The translations under genes were made by a program, and so were the position numbers. Positions 41,651 to 55,996 of a stretch of 64,000 bases of DNA are shown piece by piece. How positions within the stretch are numbered: position 1 is the first letter of the stretch; each line of letters begins with the position of its first letter. Below the pieces are notes generated by a model, which did no database searches, was not told the origin of the DNA, and saw only the letters and a list, made by a program, of their open reading frames with translations. Origin of the DNA: Octopus vulgaris (lineage: Eukaryota); assembly GCA_951406725.2 (NCBI GenBank), contig OX597821.1, positions 106,764,001 to 106,828,000 of the forward strand, in the 5' to 3' direction.

Positions 41651-43032
41651 AAATAACCGATAGAATACGTACTAGGCTGAAAAACAATAAGTCATGGAGT
41701 CGATTTGCTGGATGATACGTGGTAATCCAGCATGGCTTCTGTCAAAATGACTAACAGAGGTAAGAAAATTAAAGAAAATAATAATTAAAGCATGAAGCAA
41801 AATTATTTTTTTAAAAAATATTTTAAACAGTTGTGCATCAGCGTAGCCACAGCTCTGAGCTGAAACTAGAGAAAAAAAATTACTTAAACAGCAATGCAGT
41901 TTGACGACTTTTCAATGAAGATAATGTCGTTTCTAACCACGAGAATCAGAAATGAATTACAACGTTCTACCTGGAAGCAACTGTCTCACACGTGAAGTTC
42001 AAAAAGGTTTTTAAACGGATGAACATAAGGATAAACGTTTCTTTCGAATTTTCATTTCATGTTTCTAGGAATATTCAGACAGTGAATATTGAAAAGAAAA
42101 CCAGATACGGTTTACCAGCTGATAATCGGAAAAGAAACACGTCGCTCGGAGTACTATAAATTGTAAGCTTTCAGTTTTTATTAGATGTTGTAAGTATTAC
42201 ATCAGTTTTAAAATGCTGAGCACTCGTCAGCCAATTGTAGAGGTTTTCCATTAATAAAAAAGTTTTGATATCAAGTAGCAACATTATAGAGATGGTAGAT
42301 ATGTAGACAAAGATGTAGATTTAAATTTTAAGAATATTTCAGGTTGTGGAGCCCATCAACTGACTGACTAATATTCGGTATATCCAGACGACTGTAAGGT
42401 TCAGAGAGGGAAGAATAAGTGGAAGGAGACAATAAAGATTTACTAATTATAGAAATGAGGTAAAAGGGGATTTCAGAGCTCCATATAAGGAATTTATGTA
42501 GAAGACAGCATTGTCACTACTAAATGCCAATTACTACTATTTGATAAACAGATTCGGCGCGCTCACATACACTCACAAGACAATGATAAAAGAAATCCAG
42601 ACAATTTTTTGTAAGATAATATTTACCCTGCTTGGAGTGGTCACGTTGATTTGCCATTTCTAAAAGCCAAGAATCATTTCCTACTGAAAGAACTGACCAA
42701 CTGCTAAGATGTCAACAGATTTTTGTCTTCTTTCTTCCTTCTTCCGTTCCTTCTCTTTTCCATGGACACCCGTTTCCGATACAAAAGGACACACACACAC
42801 GCACTCCCTCTCACTTTCTCACCATTCCTCACCCTCTTGTACTATCTTATATCTCTCTCCACCCCTACACACTCAATAATACTATAAAAATAGACAAATC
42901 TCCTGAAAAAGTTCAATCTGAAGACTCCACTAGAGTGGACGCAAGCGCTATTATATGATTTATAAGAATATGTTTCATACTAATAAATATCTGTAAATAT
43001 AATTCCATCTAGATTTCTGAGTACCTTATTTC

Positions 43033-43079
<47 letters not shown>

Positions 43080-43842
43080 TAGGAATAAAGTAAGAGTATC
43101 AGGAAAAGGGTGAAGAAAAATGAAAACGTACAAGCCAGCTAAGCATAGGGCCGAGTTTAGGGTTCACTAACTAAGGTTAAAGCACAAACAGAAGAGAGCA
43201 GAGATACAGAGAATTTAGGGATGTTCTGTGAATATCGGTTGAATTCTTGGGGAAGGTAGAAAGACAATCAAATAATATGATCTAACTTTTATGGAATTGC
43301 AGTGTTAAGATGTACAGTGTTGTATATGGGTTAGATAGGACAATTTAAAATATTAAAACATGTTTGCCTGGAGAGGGTAAAGCTGCTAGTGATAGCTGAG
43401 TACTATTTATCATTGAAGAGTACTAGTTATCAATGAGGAGTTTAAAGTGGAAGTGTGTCATATAATAAACTACACCTGGTAAGGTGTTACAGTAAATGCC
43501 AAGTCGGAAATCATAGAAAGCTGTAGGGAGTAGTCTAATGATTGACAATATGGAATGTTATACAATTTCCGTAGATATTATTTAATTAGAGAGTATAATC
43601 ACCATTGTGTAAATCACACAAAGCAACTCTGATGAATAGTCGTAATAGGTGTGGATAGTGTATTTATTATTTGACAAGCGCAGCACACATAACTGTATCT
43701 TTGTGTAAGGATTAGTACCCAGTGGAATTGGAAAAGAAATGACTAGAGTGTGCAGGTTACTACTTCTAGGTTAGATATATTTGCTATGGTTATTGCATAA
43801 TAAAAGGTACGTAATACAATGTACATTGCTTAGTTCTTTCGA

Positions 43843-44070
43843 AGGCGGCGAACTTGCATAAACGGTAGTACGCCGGGCGAAATTCTTAGCAGTATTTCGT
43901 CTACCGCTACGTTCAAATTCCGCCGAGGTCGATTTTGCCTTTCATCCTTTCGGGGTCGATTAAATAAGTACCATTTACGCACTGGGGTCGATATAATCGA
44001 CTTAATCCGTGTGTCTGTCCTTGTTTGCCCCCACTGTGTTTAGCCCCTTGTGTGTAGTAAAGAAATAGGT
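43843..44070 (+). mobile_element. SINE with Meta-like central domain
   Basis: gcctttcatcctttcggggtcgattaaataagtacc; degenerate reverse fragments near 2040-2130, 10510-10580, 62080-62170. Confidence 0.65.
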
Positions 44071-47053
44071 TAGTTCTTTCGATATAGCGTACCATGCAAG
44101 TATAGTAAATGTGGTTAGAAAGTAATGGTAGAATGACTGTATCCTCTATTCCTTTGGTATTTTGTCCATCTTACTTCTTAAAATTGACTTCTTTGAAAAA
44201 TCACCAGCCCTTTTAAGAAAATGTGTTTATTTACAAACATGTTGATAGGTGTACAATGGAAAGAAAAAAGAAAGGATAATGAAAAAAATGCTTTGTAATG
44301 AAATTTCAATGAATTGTCCACATCAAATTGAAAACAAATCTCTATCTATCTAACTATCAATCTGTCTCTCTGTCTGTCTAATTATTTATCTATCTAACTA
44401 CATATCTATCCATCCTTTCCTCCATTGTATATTATTTTTCTCCTCTTACAGGATTGTCCTGAAACCTCTCTCTCTCTCTATTTCCCGCCCTTTGGATTTC
44501 CGCCTTTCTCCAAATCGCCTAAACTTTATGCTTGTATAAATATTAGATACGTAAAATCCATGAACTATAATTAATACTTGCATAGTCTACAAGACGATTT
44601 GTACAGTACAAAAGCATATTACGTGTATATGTTTTTTAATTGTATTTATAATTCTCACCTTAAAAATTATTTTTTCATATATTGGCCATTGATAAATTTT
44701 CTCATAATATAAGCATACATACACATAAATACATATGCAAACACACACATACATACGTACATGCATGCATGTATAGGCACACACACACACATACATACAA
44801 ACACACACTGACCCACACACATGCGCACACACAATCAAAACGGAAAGCAGTGTAAATAACGGACAGAGTCAAAACTATTGAAAAGTTTGCAAGACGCAAA
44901 GAAAACTTTAGAAAAATAAAAATAAGATAAAAGTGAGTATTTTACAGGTGAGTGTGTTATATTATAAGGCACAAAAAGAAAATAACTCTCCCCAGACACA
45001 ACAGAATTAATCTTTATATTAGAAGTAAATTCGGCCTGATCGTTTAGCCAGCGGTGTCGCGTCGTTTATGGCTAAAACAATGCGAAGCGCATTGTGACCA
45101 GCTATGTGTAGCAACATCTGCTAGCCTGGTCGATCCCGTAATCACAGTGATATTAGAAGTAAATTAATTCTCATTCGGTGCTATCTTTATTTTTATCAAT
45201 TTCTGTTAGCTTGCTTTCCTTCTTTCAATACGTGGTGTAATATTACAGACGATTTAGCGTCTTATTTCAGCAAGTTGGAAATAATTTTTTGTTCCTTTGC
45301 CCCTATTTACATATATACATATACCTACTTATATATATATCCTATATTATTAGTAGTAGACTTATTACTGCTTGCTATAGGGACTGGTAACCATTACAAT
45401 TTGTAGCGCCGAAAAGGCAACATGTTGTTCTGAGACTGACCGAAGAATTTTTATTTTTAGTTATAGCTGAGGTACTTATATGTACATATGTTCTTTGCTT
45501 CGGGTTTTTCCATAGGCGCATGTTCTCTCGTAATGTTCCATAGGCGCATGTTCTCTTACTTATATTCTCTCGTAAGCTCTAACGTTGAAGAACAAATCCT
45601 TTATGTGACTAATTCCGAAATTGATTCAATATAGAGATAACGAAATTTAAATATTCTAACAGTTAGTTGGCCGACTTCAGTTCTATTTTTCTGTAGCAAG
45701 TGGATTATATGTGGAAAATCAGTATATTGGCTTTGGAATAATCTTCTTTAGCCCTTGCTTATAAGATATACATATATATATATATATATACATTTAATAT
45801 AGGATAAAATTTTAGGGAAAATATTCTATCTTTGGCCAGCATATTAAAAGATACCTTCAAAGGTTAAATTTATAAACAACATATAAACAAGGGCAAAAGA
45901 AAAGAATTCTAATGCCAAATATGCCGAAAATAGACAAATCATCAATAACCATATAATTCAGCACTATACGCACGCGTCTCGAAATAAACCGACAGACATT
46001 TCTAAAAAAATTCCGTTATTATCTTATCGGCCCCGATTTCAGAGGTAATTCATACGAATTTTCTCCTCGTCAGTGATAAATACGGTAAGAAATAAATGAA
46101 ATACTTACATATACCCATGGAAGAAGCAAACACTAAGTCATGAGCACAATTAAGTACCTCAAATATAGCCAAAATAGAAATTTTTCAGCATACCTCGAAA
46201 CACGTGCGATCGGACTGAAAACTGTCGTAGAGTGAGAGAGTCCGGTAGTGAACACTATTAAATTTGCATCTAATATAGGATGAAATTCTTTGGAAAGAAT
46301 TCTATCAATGGCCAGCATATTAAAAAATATATTTAAAGGTTAAATTTATAAACAAATTATAAACAAGGGTAAAAGATATAAATTCTTAAGCCAAATATGC
46401 CAAAAATAGACAAATCGTCAATAACCAAATAATTCATCACGGCCACGATTTCAGAGTTAATTCATAAGAATGTTCTCCTCGAGAATAAATAAGAATTGTT
46501 TATAAATTTAACCTTTAAATGTATTTTTTAAAACGCTGGCCATTGATAGAATTTTTTCGGCATGTTAAATGAACCATTATGGGTAAACTTAAACAATAAT
46601 ATTTATAATTATGCGAATAATTATAATTAGGGTTCAGCAAAAACATTTGCCTCAACACATACCGAAATTTAGAAATAGCATTCAAGAAAACTAGGTGTGG
46701 TAGAGAAATAGCTAGTTTTCTTGGCTGTTATTTCTAAATTTCGGTATGTGGTGAAGCAAATTAAGGGCAATTCCTTTCGAGTTGCTTCAGATTAATCATC
46801 TAAACTTTTGTCACAGTCAAATTGTAATACAGCCTGTTATACTCCCACTTGTCACATTCTCCAGTTCCAGGAGGATCTCTGAAAATATTTTTCTACTTAC
46901 GATTACATAGTCACTTGACTAATAACCGAACACTTACTATCAGCCACTAAGATATACAACCTATAATCAACAGCTCTGTTTGATTTCGTTGGTTTCCTAA
47001 AAATACAAATATTAGACAGAACTGATATCAAATAAATATCATATAAAACTTAC

Positions 47054-48003
47054 CGATTTATTTAAACGAATTCCACTCCAAATCATTATGATCTCATACA
47101 TCAGATAATATGATGCCATAGATATTAAGTAAATGAATTTATGTAATTCATTTTCGTATGATTCATTTATAATTCCGTAAGTTGCAATACAACATCCTAT
47201 AACACTGCTAAGTACGACATATGCTGTGGAAAGACGTAATGATTCATTGAGTAATTTCAGCATTCTACTCAAAGTATCATGAGTTTTACATATTTCTGTA
47301 ATCTCTATCTCTCTCTTGAAGAAAATAAACTTCTCTGATTGCTGTCCCTTTACATAGCGTTGAACATCACTCGTCACTTTGTTAAACTCATAATCCAGTG
47401 TGCTTCCGATCATTAGATTTACGTAAAAGTCAAGATGCAGGGAAGCGATTGACATGCAGTTAAATGCAAGATATAGTGCGAAATATAGAAGGTGATAAGT
47501 ATTGTTGATTGGTACAGGAAATAGAATGAAACGCATCAAATCATGATTGGACTCTGTAAAAATATAATCTTGAATCGTGAAAACAGTTAACGGGAACAAT
47601 ATAAAAAAGCATAGTGATTTATACGAAAAGAATATATTAGAGTTATAGAATTTTCTATCATCTTCTTCAATTTTAAGTTCGGTGAATGCTTCAATTAGTT
47701 GTTTGTCGTTCGGTTTCTTGAAGAGTTTCATCAGACCATACATTGTTAAAAAATCTGGTAAAATATCGTATAAATATAAAAAAGTGTTTCATCAGTTGAT
47801 CTATTTTCCATTTGTATTGCACTAATAGTGTTTAAAATTGGAGCTACAGTCAAATATAAGCAGTACACAGCGTAAAAACTATAGAAAAATATTGAGATAA
47901 ATTTGTGAGATTTTAATGACGTTGTATTCGCAAACGATTTCCAAATATTTATTTTACGATATAATTCCAGCAATTTAAAGATTTGTGTTTCATTTGATTT
48001 CAT
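47054..48003 (-). pseudogene. GRL gene C exon 1, split by frameshift
   Basis: ORFs 47746-48003 and 47039-47743 together match exon B; donor GTAAGT at 47053. Confidence 0.75.
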
Positions 48004-48078
48004 GCTTATTCTAATTTTGTGACATCCAGAAAATTCTTCCCATTTAGCAAACGAAATCCTTAGAATAGAAGAAGCAGG

Positions 48079-48086
48079 TTTTATAT
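48079..48086 (-). promoter_or_regulatory. Putative TATA box of GRL exon 1C
   Basis: ATATAAAA 77 nt upstream of ATG. Confidence 0.5.
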
Positions 48087-48502
48087 CTTAATGAGTTTAA
48101 TAATCCTTGTATGTGGAATTATAATACAAATTATTAAAATCCAGATATACAATATTGACAAATGCTTGATATTAATTTTGATATTTCATTTAGAGAGAAA
48201 AATGTCTGCAATTAATTTCGGGGGAATCACTAAGATTCTAATATATATGTGCTCCCATGTAGTTGTTAGATTGTTATAGGTAAAAAAAACGTTGCATATA
48301 ATTTGCTACACAATATATTCTCTATTCAAAAGGAAATAGATTTGATTAACTTCAGTAAGATGCATTGACTGTCGACTGCATACAACGGTTCAGTTGCCTG
48401 TATGATTCTATTTGTAATCTATGAAAAAAGCTATTAGTCCTTACATTCGATAAATATACGCCTGTATATGTTGTTTTGCTAGTGTTACCTGCATATATAT
48501 AC

Positions 48503-48549
<47 letters not shown>

Positions 48550-48626
48550 AACACATATCAATATATACATATACATACATATGTGAGTAGAGGGTGTTTC
48601 TAAGTATAACTGCAGGTACATATATA

Positions 48627-48669
<43 letters not shown>

Positions 48670-51600
48670 ATGTGTGTGTGCATGTGTGAGGGTATATGTG
48701 TGTACGTGTGTGTGTTTGCTGCGGCAAGGAACTTTCAATATGAAATTTCCGTCCTTCAGGGGGGAATTTAATGAATTAACGTTATATTGCCATCAATATA
48801 TTCCACGTACATGAAGCATTAATATGCAATACATTTCATTGTGTTATGTTAATAAAACAAATTATTCCTATTGGTAATTAGATATGTGTACTTAAATCAT
48901 TAGTACAATGGTTTATATTGATGACATGAGAGTAGTTGATATTTTTGAACCCTGATATTTCTGAACAAACACACAGTTCTCAACCTGACGAATACGCCTT
49001 GAAATATTTAGCGAATGGTTTTGAAGAGTCAAAACAGAATCCCCGGAATGCTGAATATTATTTCAAAACCCAGAATATGATTTATCCAAAAATCTTCTAG
49101 GTTTGCAATCAAGCCCCTTGCTTGATTTTGTTATCCACTCTGATTCAATTTTTGAGTAATGGCTCTTCAACAAATCTATATTTTCCAATGTTAAAATATA
49201 CTTATATAGGGGAATGGAGGGAAGACATTTCTCAAGTTAAGGGACCATCGTGATTACCCAACTTCTCTTAAAAGATTTAAGCGAATAGAAAATGTATCTC
49301 AACGGCAGTAGAAAATTTGAAATAGAATGAAATGTAGAGTTAGTTGCGTATTTCTGCATCTGTGCCAATGTATATTTGCAAGAAAGTGTTGCATACATAT
49401 AGTGTTGAATTAAAGTTAATTCCGTTTTGGGATTGGTTTTGCAAGATTCTTTATATGAGTTCGTGTGTTGAAGCATATTCTGTTGTGCCTGGAGAGAGGC
49501 AATTTTTTGTGCCTTATTATTTAACACACACACCGGTAAAATTTCCACTTATCTCTTATTTCTATTTTCCAAAACTTTTCGTTGCGTGTTGCAACCTTTT
49601 TTTAGAGTAAAATCTATTGAAATGTTTGCAACACACAACGGAAGTTTTAGGAAAATAAAAGAAAGAAATAAGTGGAAATTTTACCGGTGAGCGAGTTAAA
49701 TAATAAGGCACAAAACAAAATGATTCTCCCCAGACACAACAGAATAAAGTAAATTCATTCAATTGAAATTCTGATCTGTCAAGATGAAGCCGAAGAATCA
49801 AACAAAAGGGGTAATTTTGTTTTTATATGTGAAGAAAAGAATAAAATGATGGTTTAAAATCGTATTTTAAAATCGTGTATGTTTGTGTGTCTCTGTTTAT
49901 CCCCCCAACATCACTTGACAACCGATACTGGTGTGTTTACGTTCCCCGTTACTTAGCGCTTAATGTTATTTGTATCCATTAAGATTGATGAGACTATACA
50001 CACTCGAATGAATTCTTAATTGCCATACATTTTGTCATGTGTTGTTGAGAAAAAAATTTCAAGCCAAGTTTTTGAGATTCGCCGATGTCAGGTTTCAAAC
50101 TTAGCCAAAACAGCATCGCACAAACTTATGATGGAACGAGCATGATTGCCTAGACTTCGAGCTTTTGCAGAAAACAATAAATGAGAGTTGGGCGTGAGCA
50201 TCACATTGTTATGCATTTTCACTTAATTTGATATTCTCTCAATCAGCTTCAAGTATTCGCGAATGTCGAATTTTCCAAACTTTGAAAATACTGTTTTTTT
50301 TCTCAAATTTGACGGCTTGAATAGCTGTATACAAATGAAACCGACGGAGAGTAATTTCTAACGTTACCTGAAACAGTTTTGAATTATACATTTCGACAAT
50401 TATTCCTTTTCCTCAACAAAATTGCTGTGTTTTCTCGGGTATTTTGAAACGTATTAGAATGTCCATAGTATTGGAGTGCTTCAGAATTAGAACAGACATA
50501 GGAATTAATTACAATCCAAGATTTTCAGTTTAAAACTTATTGCGGTTTTTGAAGCAAATATTCAGTGGCCCAGCGATTCTGTTTTCGATTCTTCAAAAAC
50601 GTTCCCAATATTTTTGGAGGCGTATTTCTCAGGTTGAGAAGGTCAAAAGACAATCTTTTGGTATTCTGGCGGTATGTGTATTTGTTGTATTAGGATGGCT
50701 TCATAAACTACAAACAAAACAAAACTCTTAAATATTTAAAGCCAGAGAAGACTGTACATGAATACATAAATTATCAAATCCTCACTGGCGGAGAGACTGG
50801 AATACAGGAGTAGACTTATAAGTGATGTCCCAGTCATTAGTTATTTCCAAGACTTAACTGCAAATTCTTGTTGATTCTACGGCCTTGATTTAAAATACCA
50901 TTGTTTGAAATCTTTGACCTCAGATTTGTTGACTTGTTGAATCCGAAGATTTTGCAGGCTTAGTAAAAAAAAATTCGTGAAATACTACAATCATACATAC
51001 TGCAACAATACTAACCAATTGTCTTTCGAATATATATTTTATTTTTATTTTTTTATTTATTTTATTTTATTTAGTTTCAGCTCACAAGGTGTTGCCATGC
51101 TGGGGCACCAACATTTGGTGTTGCTACATGATTTTACTTCACGAATGCTTTTTAGCAAATGCCATCTGGTGCATGAGAGAGTTCGATGCAGCTGCGCTCA
51201 TCTGCACGTCCTGCCGAGAAGTTGGTTCATCTGGGACACCTGACAAGAAGAGATCCAGTTTCATTTTAAAGACATCTGCATCCACCCCATACATGTCTCT
51301 TAGGTTCTTCAGGAAGATATTGAAGAGCTGTGGGCCTCGGAATCCCAGGCTATCACAGTATCTCGTCCTACATCTTGAGGGCAAATTTGGAGTCCTTGGC
51401 ACTATGCAGTGGCGCCGAGTTTTGGCATTTGTGTAACTCTCGATGCCAAAGTTTGGGACAAGTCCTTCTAGGATCTACCAGATGTATATTATGGCATATC
51501 TTTCTCGCCTTCACTCTAAGGAATAGAGTCTCAATCTCTTGAGTCTTTCCCAATTGCTTATATGCTATATATATATATAAATGAACAAAAAAGTAAATAG

Positions 51601-53202
51601 AGGTGATAAATTGTCTTGATGGGTGCTAGCTATAATGTAAGTAGAATATGTTTGTAAGCTGTATAGAAGCATAAAATGATTAGTGTAACTACATGAAGGT
51701 TTAAATATTAAGCCAAGTGGTAGGAAAACACTACGATTGTATAGCTGTGTAATTATAATTAAGTAGAAATAAAAACAATGGGAGGTGGATAAGAATATGC
51801 GTAATGGCTTAATAGGGGAGTTATTAACCTCTGCACCTTCTTATCAAGTTAATAAAAAACATATCTTTTAGGTTTAAGCGAAAAACCTTTGATACTCTCT
51901 GTAAAATTCCCACTTCTTAATCATAGGTATGAGCGAAATAAACTTGTTTGCACATGGTAAAGTTTCTTTTCTATATATGGATAAATACATAATTGGTTAT
52001 TCTGATTCATTTTACTACTATATCAAGACTAACTCGTATATCCGATCCACTCCTTTTCCAGGCTTCATATTGATTTTCAGCCCTTCTTTTTGTTCCTCCA
52101 CATTTGTATTTATTTCTGCTCATTTATAATTACACAGCTATCCAATCACTGTATTTTCCTATCACTTTGCCCAATACTTAATGAACATTTGAATTTTATG
52201 GGATCCGTTTCCGTTTTGACATATTTTGGTAAGGTATTAAAGGGAGCTGGACCGGTTGAGGTAAATTAATTGTTATGTAATGTTGCTATTGATATTTCTG
52301 TTATTCTCATTCACTGGTTTCTCAACCCCTGTTATTATCTCTTCGTATTATTTGATAGTTATACTCATATTTTATCACCTTTATTTATTTATATCTCATA
52401 TACTCAAATTTTATACTTCTCTTTATTATTCGTGTATTGTATCATACTGTAAATATACTTCAGACTAACTTGTATATTTGTTTACCACATTTTCTGGCTC
52501 TATATCGATATATGGATATATCGATATATGAGATAATGATATATTGATGTATTGATATGGAATTCTTCCTTTCTCTTATCCCAACCCAATGTATTTATTT
52601 CTACTAATCCATAATTTTAAACCTTTGTATATATTATACCAAATTTTACTTACTTTAAAACATAAAAGCATTTCATATTAGTTACTTAATTTCATGTATT
52701 TTGCAACATTACCTCTCTTTGTTTGAAATTCATCGCAGTATACAATATAATATGGAATATAAACTGTATTTTTCTTCTTTTTAATTTGTTGATCAAAATC
52801 TTTTTTTATTTATATTAATAAAAATTACATATTTTAATAATAAATATTGCGTGTTGTCAAGTAAACCTTAACTCAATCAAATTTAATGGTAAGTTTCAAA
52901 ATTATATAGTTATATAAAAATTATCTTATGGTATTATCCTCTCCCCCGCCATCTTATTTTTCTCTCTAAAATAAATTTCTTCTCCCGGTAACGATGCCAA
53001 CCATAAGTTTAAAATCATCAGCTACAAGAACATCATCTCTGAGTGGCCTGAATCTGTAGTAGCCACTGAGCTTACCAAGGTGCGTTATTTCTGGAGGGCC
53101 GTTGGCAAACTTCTTTGAATGTGTATATGGAGTGAGATCCAGATTCTGGTACTGTTAAAGTGGTTAACGTTTTGAAGGGATTGACATTTTATTTCCTCGC
53201 TG

Positions 53203-53265
<63 letters not shown>

Positions 53266-53954
53266 TGCATGTATGTATTTATTTATATATGTATGTTTAC
53301 GTATACATGATTGAATATGTCACCTTGATCCAGGAATGATAGAAAAATACAATATCACTATTGAATTGCTACTTCAGGATTAAGCTTATAATAATTTTTT
53401 CCACTTAAGAGGAAGAACTCGATGTACGATAACTAAATTATATACAACATATCAAAAGCTAAATTGTTATGCCTCTCAATCTCCTTCTCTATCTCCCTCT
53501 ATCTCCTCTCTCTCTCTCTCTCTCTCCATCTGTATATTTATATAAATATATATATACATTCATAAATGATGTTATATATATATATATATATATGTTATGA
53601 AATTCGTTCTGTCTGTCTGTGTGTGAGTCTTCTAGGATCTCGGGCATCCTCCAGCCGATTGCACTCAAATTTGATACGTACATACCGACGGTATCAGGGC
53701 GTGTATAAACCATGAAGAATATTACAATAATCGATACCACGTGAGAATGCGACCGATAAAGAGAATAAAATCGTTTTTTGGGGAATAGAAAAAAAGTCTA
53801 TCTTTATTTCTTCTTTTGCCGGTGTCTCAAATTTAGGTTAAATCAGTGTTTCTCAAAGGGGAGGCCATGGAATGGTCGGACAATTTGCTTTGAGAAAATT
53901 TGGTTCCAATGTATAATACCTCAGCACCGTCCATTGGACGGGGGAGCTGTTGCT

Positions 53955-53990
<36 letters not shown>

Positions 53991-54504
53991 GTAAATCCTC
54001 CAGTATAATCAGCATTTTTTCCCCAAAATTTAAAGGTCAAAATCCCTAGTGCGTACTATATACGACGTTAAAAATGAAAAATATTTTCTAAGAAATGTCC
54101 TAGTTTCTATTTGACGTCCGGCAATGTTTATTCAGACGCATTTTGTGATGTCGGGCGCGAAAATACCTTAAGCTAAGTCTGAAAGCAATGAAGTCATAAA
54201 AGAATCATCCATAACTTGCAGTAAGCAACATTTACTACACGTTATTACTGTTATTTCTTTATTTTCTGCAAACAAAATGTACAAAAAAGTTACACGTTTG
54301 CATTAAGTTGTATATACAATAATAATAATAATAAAGGATGTTACCTTATACATTTTTACAAACCAAAGACGTTAAATAGACCTCTTTGACTCAAGTTAGA
54401 GAAGGAGTGCGTATTATACAAAAAGTTTAGGTTTTTCAGAGGTACAGCGCCCTAACCATCCCCTGCGTTTTATACTAAAGTGCGGACTATACTCGAGGAT
54501 ATAC

Positions 54505-54559
<55 letters not shown>

Positions 54560-54589
54560 TAAAAAATGAAGTTCGAAAATGCTGCTGTA

Positions 54590-55905
54590 TTATACAATTT
54601 TTAATTTTTATATATACATTATAACATGTTTCAGTTCCTGAAATGAACCTTATCAAAAAAAGTAATATATAAAAAGAGACAGCTCATTTATAATACACAA
54701 CGGAGTCAGTCATCTTAGAGTTCATGTATAGTTGATATATAGTTTGAAGTATATGTTCAAAGTGTTCGATGCAGTGGCCCACAGTGGCGATACGTATTCA
54801 ATACAAAAAACAGATCAAAGTGGTGGAAAGCGGTCAATACAGAAGATTGATGTTTCCGAAAGAGCGAGGAATTCATTTTTACCTTAAGCAATTGTGATGA
54901 CCCATGGTGGAAGTTCGCTGGGTGGTTCTAGTGATTTTTTGTGAAATGCTTGGTTTTATAATGCCTGTTAGGTGGTCAATCTAGCGTAGCGTGACGTCAT
55001 CAATGTTTTGACCAATCGTTTCGTTAGGTGGCTTTAATCAAGTGGAACGGGACGTCATCATTATTTTGACCAATCGCTGCATTATAACTCCCTCTTGTTT
55101 GTTTCCTGTCTTGACCAGTCGCTTCGTTAGTCAAGCATAGCGGGATGTCATCCAGATTCTGCCCAATCACGACTTATAGCTACATTAGATCTGCCCCCTG
55201 TCTGTACTTGTTAGGTGACTATTCAAGCAGAAAGAGAGACGTCATCAATATTCTGACTAATGACTGTCCCCTGTTTGTATCCTGTCCATTCTAGCAGAGC
55301 TAGACGTCATCAACTTGTTGACCAATCAGAATCGGGTCTGACCCTTAGCTGTATCGTATGTATCAGGGTCAGATTTGCACGAAAGAATTTTTTTCCCTTT
55401 TTTACTAAGGCATATTTCCGTCAGAGTGAGTGTCTGTTTGAAGTAGCGGCCGTGGTGAAATTTGGTTCTCCTTTTCGGAGGACTTATCTTTTGTTTTAGT
55501 ATTCCTGGCCCAGGGTGTTTAAACTTGGTCTAAATTTTTTTATGAAATATAGTTCTTTATTTTGGCGTTGTGTGAAGGTTGCGTTGTCACTGAATTTATA
55601 GAGCGGGTTAGTTGTAAATTTCGGATTTACATTTCCAGCACATCTATCTATGTGTCCGCTGACCGGTATTTTGCGGTAATCAGGGTTTCTAATTTGTGAT
55701 TTATGCACCGCCATCCTGTTACGTAAGCTATTTTTTGTATGGCATATATACTGCCTATTGCAGCCTGCGCATGTTATGACGTAAATTAAGTTTTCTGATG
55801 CGCAGGTGAAGTTTGTTCTAATGGTGAACTGGTGGCCTTGTTCCAGTATAACTTCTGATCCTTCTTTCAAGATGACACAGATTCCGCAGTTGGGCCTTCC
55901 ACATT
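54590..55905 (-). mobile_element. Duplicate of the Neptune-type element (ORF 55496-55870)
   Basis: Identical peptide to 35659-36033. Confidence 0.85.
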
Positions 55906-55929
55906 TTCTATATATTTATATATATGGTG

Positions 55930-55996
<67 letters not shown>

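Larger units (their letters stand above)
38131..48003 (-). pseudogene. GRL gene C: exon 1 47054-48003 (1-nt frameshift), exon 2 40894-40962, exon 3 deleted, last exon 38131-38187
   Basis: Exon 1 near-identical to B but 950 vs 951 nt (A6 run 47748-47753); the ~445 bp carrying exon 3 in the sister copy (about 59540-59985) is missing at ~40039. Confidence 0.7.

Noticed and set aside
42000-42700. Possible coding region in the unique spacer
   Set aside because: No ORF; at most a heavily decayed Penelope-like relic, too weak to call
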